A stretch of 37,810 nucleotides of DNA from Bacillota bacterium. Lineage in GTDB: Bacteria; Bacillota; DTU030. Below are positions 36,373 to 37,810 of the stretch, piece after piece (position 1 is the first letter of the stretch; each line of letters begins with the position of its first letter). Where the stretch lies: assembly GCA_012523785.1 (NCBI GenBank), contig JAAYTH010000042.1, forward strand, positions 1 through 37,810. The letters run 5' to 3'. Under the pieces are notes generated by a model. It ran no database searches. It was given only the letters and a program-made list of their open reading frames with translations, and was not told the DNA's origin. The position numbers and the translations under genes were made by a program.

Positions 36373-37810
36373 GTGTTCGACAGATCCCATTATCTAAAAC
36401 AATTTGTCGAGGAAGCCCGGGAGTACTTGGAAAACCTCACCCGGATTGTCCTTGCCTGGGAACGCCAGCCGGAAAATAACGATCCGGTACAAGAAGTATT
36501 TCGCATCGCCCATAGCATAAAAGGTATGGCGGCAACCATGGAATTAAAGGAAATTACCACCCTCAGTCATCATTTAGAAAATCTTTTGGACGAAGTAAGG
36601 CAAAATAATATTATTACCGATAGATCCTTCTTTGATATTTTACTTGCCAGTATTGACGCTCTGGAAAATTTAATTTTGGATATCGAGGAAGGGAATAATC
36701 AGGGGAGGGACCTGATCCCACATCTTATCGGCCAAATAGAAAATTTCATGGGGGAAAAACCACTTTATTCCCAGCCAACCGCGGCCGGGGAGGAAATGGG
36801 GAATTATGAACTCAATGAATATGAAAGTCGGGTTATTCAGAAAGCCAAGGCAAAAGGGTTTGAGGTATTCCAAATTGACATTTGGCTTCATCCAGATTGC
36901 CTTCTAAAAAGGGCCCGCGTTTACATTATCCTAAAAAACATTGAACTGTTGGGGGAAATTATTAAAACGGTCCCCCCCATAGAGGACTTAGAAGAGGAAA
37001 ATTTTGCTGACCATTTTGCAGCCCTTTTGATATCACAAGCGGGGGAGGAGGAAGTAAAAAATATTGTTCAGGAATTAGCAGATATTAAACGTTATGAGAT
37101 AACCCCCCTTGACATGCCATTACCGGCAATAGACACCGTCGAAGCCAAGCAAAAAGAAACCATAAAAAGGGCTAGCCAAGATGGTTTGCGCCTGAGTTCA
37201 CGGCAAACAGTTCGGGTGGGTATTGACCGACTTGATCAGTTAATGAACCTAGTTGGTGAGCTTGTTATAACTAAAACACAGCTGCGACAATTATTAATAC
37301 ATCAATCTGGAACCGAAATGGAGGAGGTTTTAAAGAGGCTGGACCAAATATCTTCCAATCTCCAAAATGTTGTTATGCAGGCCCGGATGGTACCAATCTC
37401 CCAGTTATTTAATCGTTTCCCCCGCATGATTAGGGATCTGGCCAAGGACTTGGACAAGTCTCTGGATTTAGAAATAAGCGGTGAGGATACTGAGCTGGAC
37501 CGCCGGGTTATTGATGAGTTGGCCGATCCCCTAGTCCATATTGTCCGCAATGCCGTTTGCCATGGTCTCGAAGATCCCCAAACAAGGGCAGCGGCGGGAA
37601 AAGCACCGGTCGGACACATTCACCTTACTGCCCGCCATGAAGGCAATTCAGTTGTCATAGAGGTTAGGGATGATGGCCGCGGTATTTCCCCCCGAGAAGT
37701 GCAGCAAAAGGCTATGGAGCGGGATATCATTTCCCCCAAGGAAGCCCAAGAGATGGGGAGGGCTGAAATATTAAACCTAGTGTTTGCCCCCGGTTTCAGT
37801 ACTGCCTCCC
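36373..37810 (+). CDS. cheA: Chemotaxis histidine kinase CheA, 3'-truncated by the window edge (absent from the ORF track)
   Basis: GTG after AAGGAGG. Manual translation gives the HPt motif FRIAHSIKGM, a P2 domain, TVRVGIDRLDQLMNLVGELVI, RMVP...FNRFPRMIRDL, the N box HIVRNAVCHG, G1 box DDGRGI and F box FAPGFSTA. Confidence 0.95.
   Translation, partial: MFDRSHYLKQFVEEAREYLENLTRIVLAWERQPENNDPVQEVFRIAHSIKGMAATMELKEITTLSHHLENLLDEVRQNNIITDRSFFDILLASIDALENLILDIEEGNNQGRDLIPHLIGQIENFMGEKPLYSQPTAAGEEMGNYELNEYESRVIQKAKAKGFEVFQIDIWLHPDCLLKRARVYIILKNIELLGEIIKTVPPIEDLEEENFADHFAALLISQAGEEEVKNIVQELADIKRYEITPLDMPLPAIDTVEAKQKETIKRASQDGLRLSSRQTVRVGIDRLDQLMNLVGELVITKTQLRQLLIHQSGTEMEEVLKRLDQISSNLQNVVMQARMVPISQLFNRFPRMIRDLAKDLDKSLDLEISGEDTELDRRVIDELADPLVHIVRNAVCHGLEDPQTRAAAGKAPVGHIHLTARHEGNSVVIEVRDDGRGISPREVQQKAMERDIISPKEAQEMGRAEILNLVFAPGFSTAS

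Noticed and set aside
1215-37619. Many 60-181 aa antisense or off-frame ORFs nested in conserved genes (e.g. 28193-28738, 34701-35195, 37302-37619)
   Set aside because: Shadow ORFs of well-supported genes, with Ser/Ile-rich antisense composition and no family motifs.
1-37810. CRISPR arrays, tRNA/rRNA genes, IS elements, prophage, defence or retron-like systems
   Set aside because: No regularly spaced repeats, cloverleaf, transposase, reverse transcriptase or phage genes were seen; nearly all coding space is explained by core genes.

Overview
Core chromosomal window of a motile Bacillota (Firmicutes, clostridia-like gene order) bacterium. Left part (1-12350): 5'-truncated rnhB, yraN, trmL, comM, an antisense meso-diaminopimelate dehydrogenase gene, a YtqB/MnmM-family methyltransferase, dprA, topA, then the xerC-hslV-hslU-codY operon (no trmFO). 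Right part (12809-end): an intact fla/che operon, flgB flgC fliE fliF fliG fliH fliI fliJ ylxF fliK flgD TIGR02530-family flgE motA motB fliL fliM fliY cheY fliO fliP fliQ fliR flhB flhA flhF flhG, a PilZ brake gene and a 3'-truncated cheA that the ORF track misses. No rRNA, tRNA, CRISPR array, prophage or transposase is visible. The main points of interest are non-coding or residue-level: (1) a c-di-GMP-I riboswitch ahead of flgB with readable OFF-switch logic, behind a sigmaH-like promoter; (2) a family of GTCATCCT...AGGATGAC palindromic elements in flagellar spacers; (3) a two-hairpin structure between the uncharacterised TIGR02530 gene and flgE, plus a strong hairpin after flgE; (4) a Na+-type stator; (5) a DAP dehydrogenase with an NAD-type coenzyme pocket. 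All calls come from reading the sequence and recalled family motifs; no searches were run.
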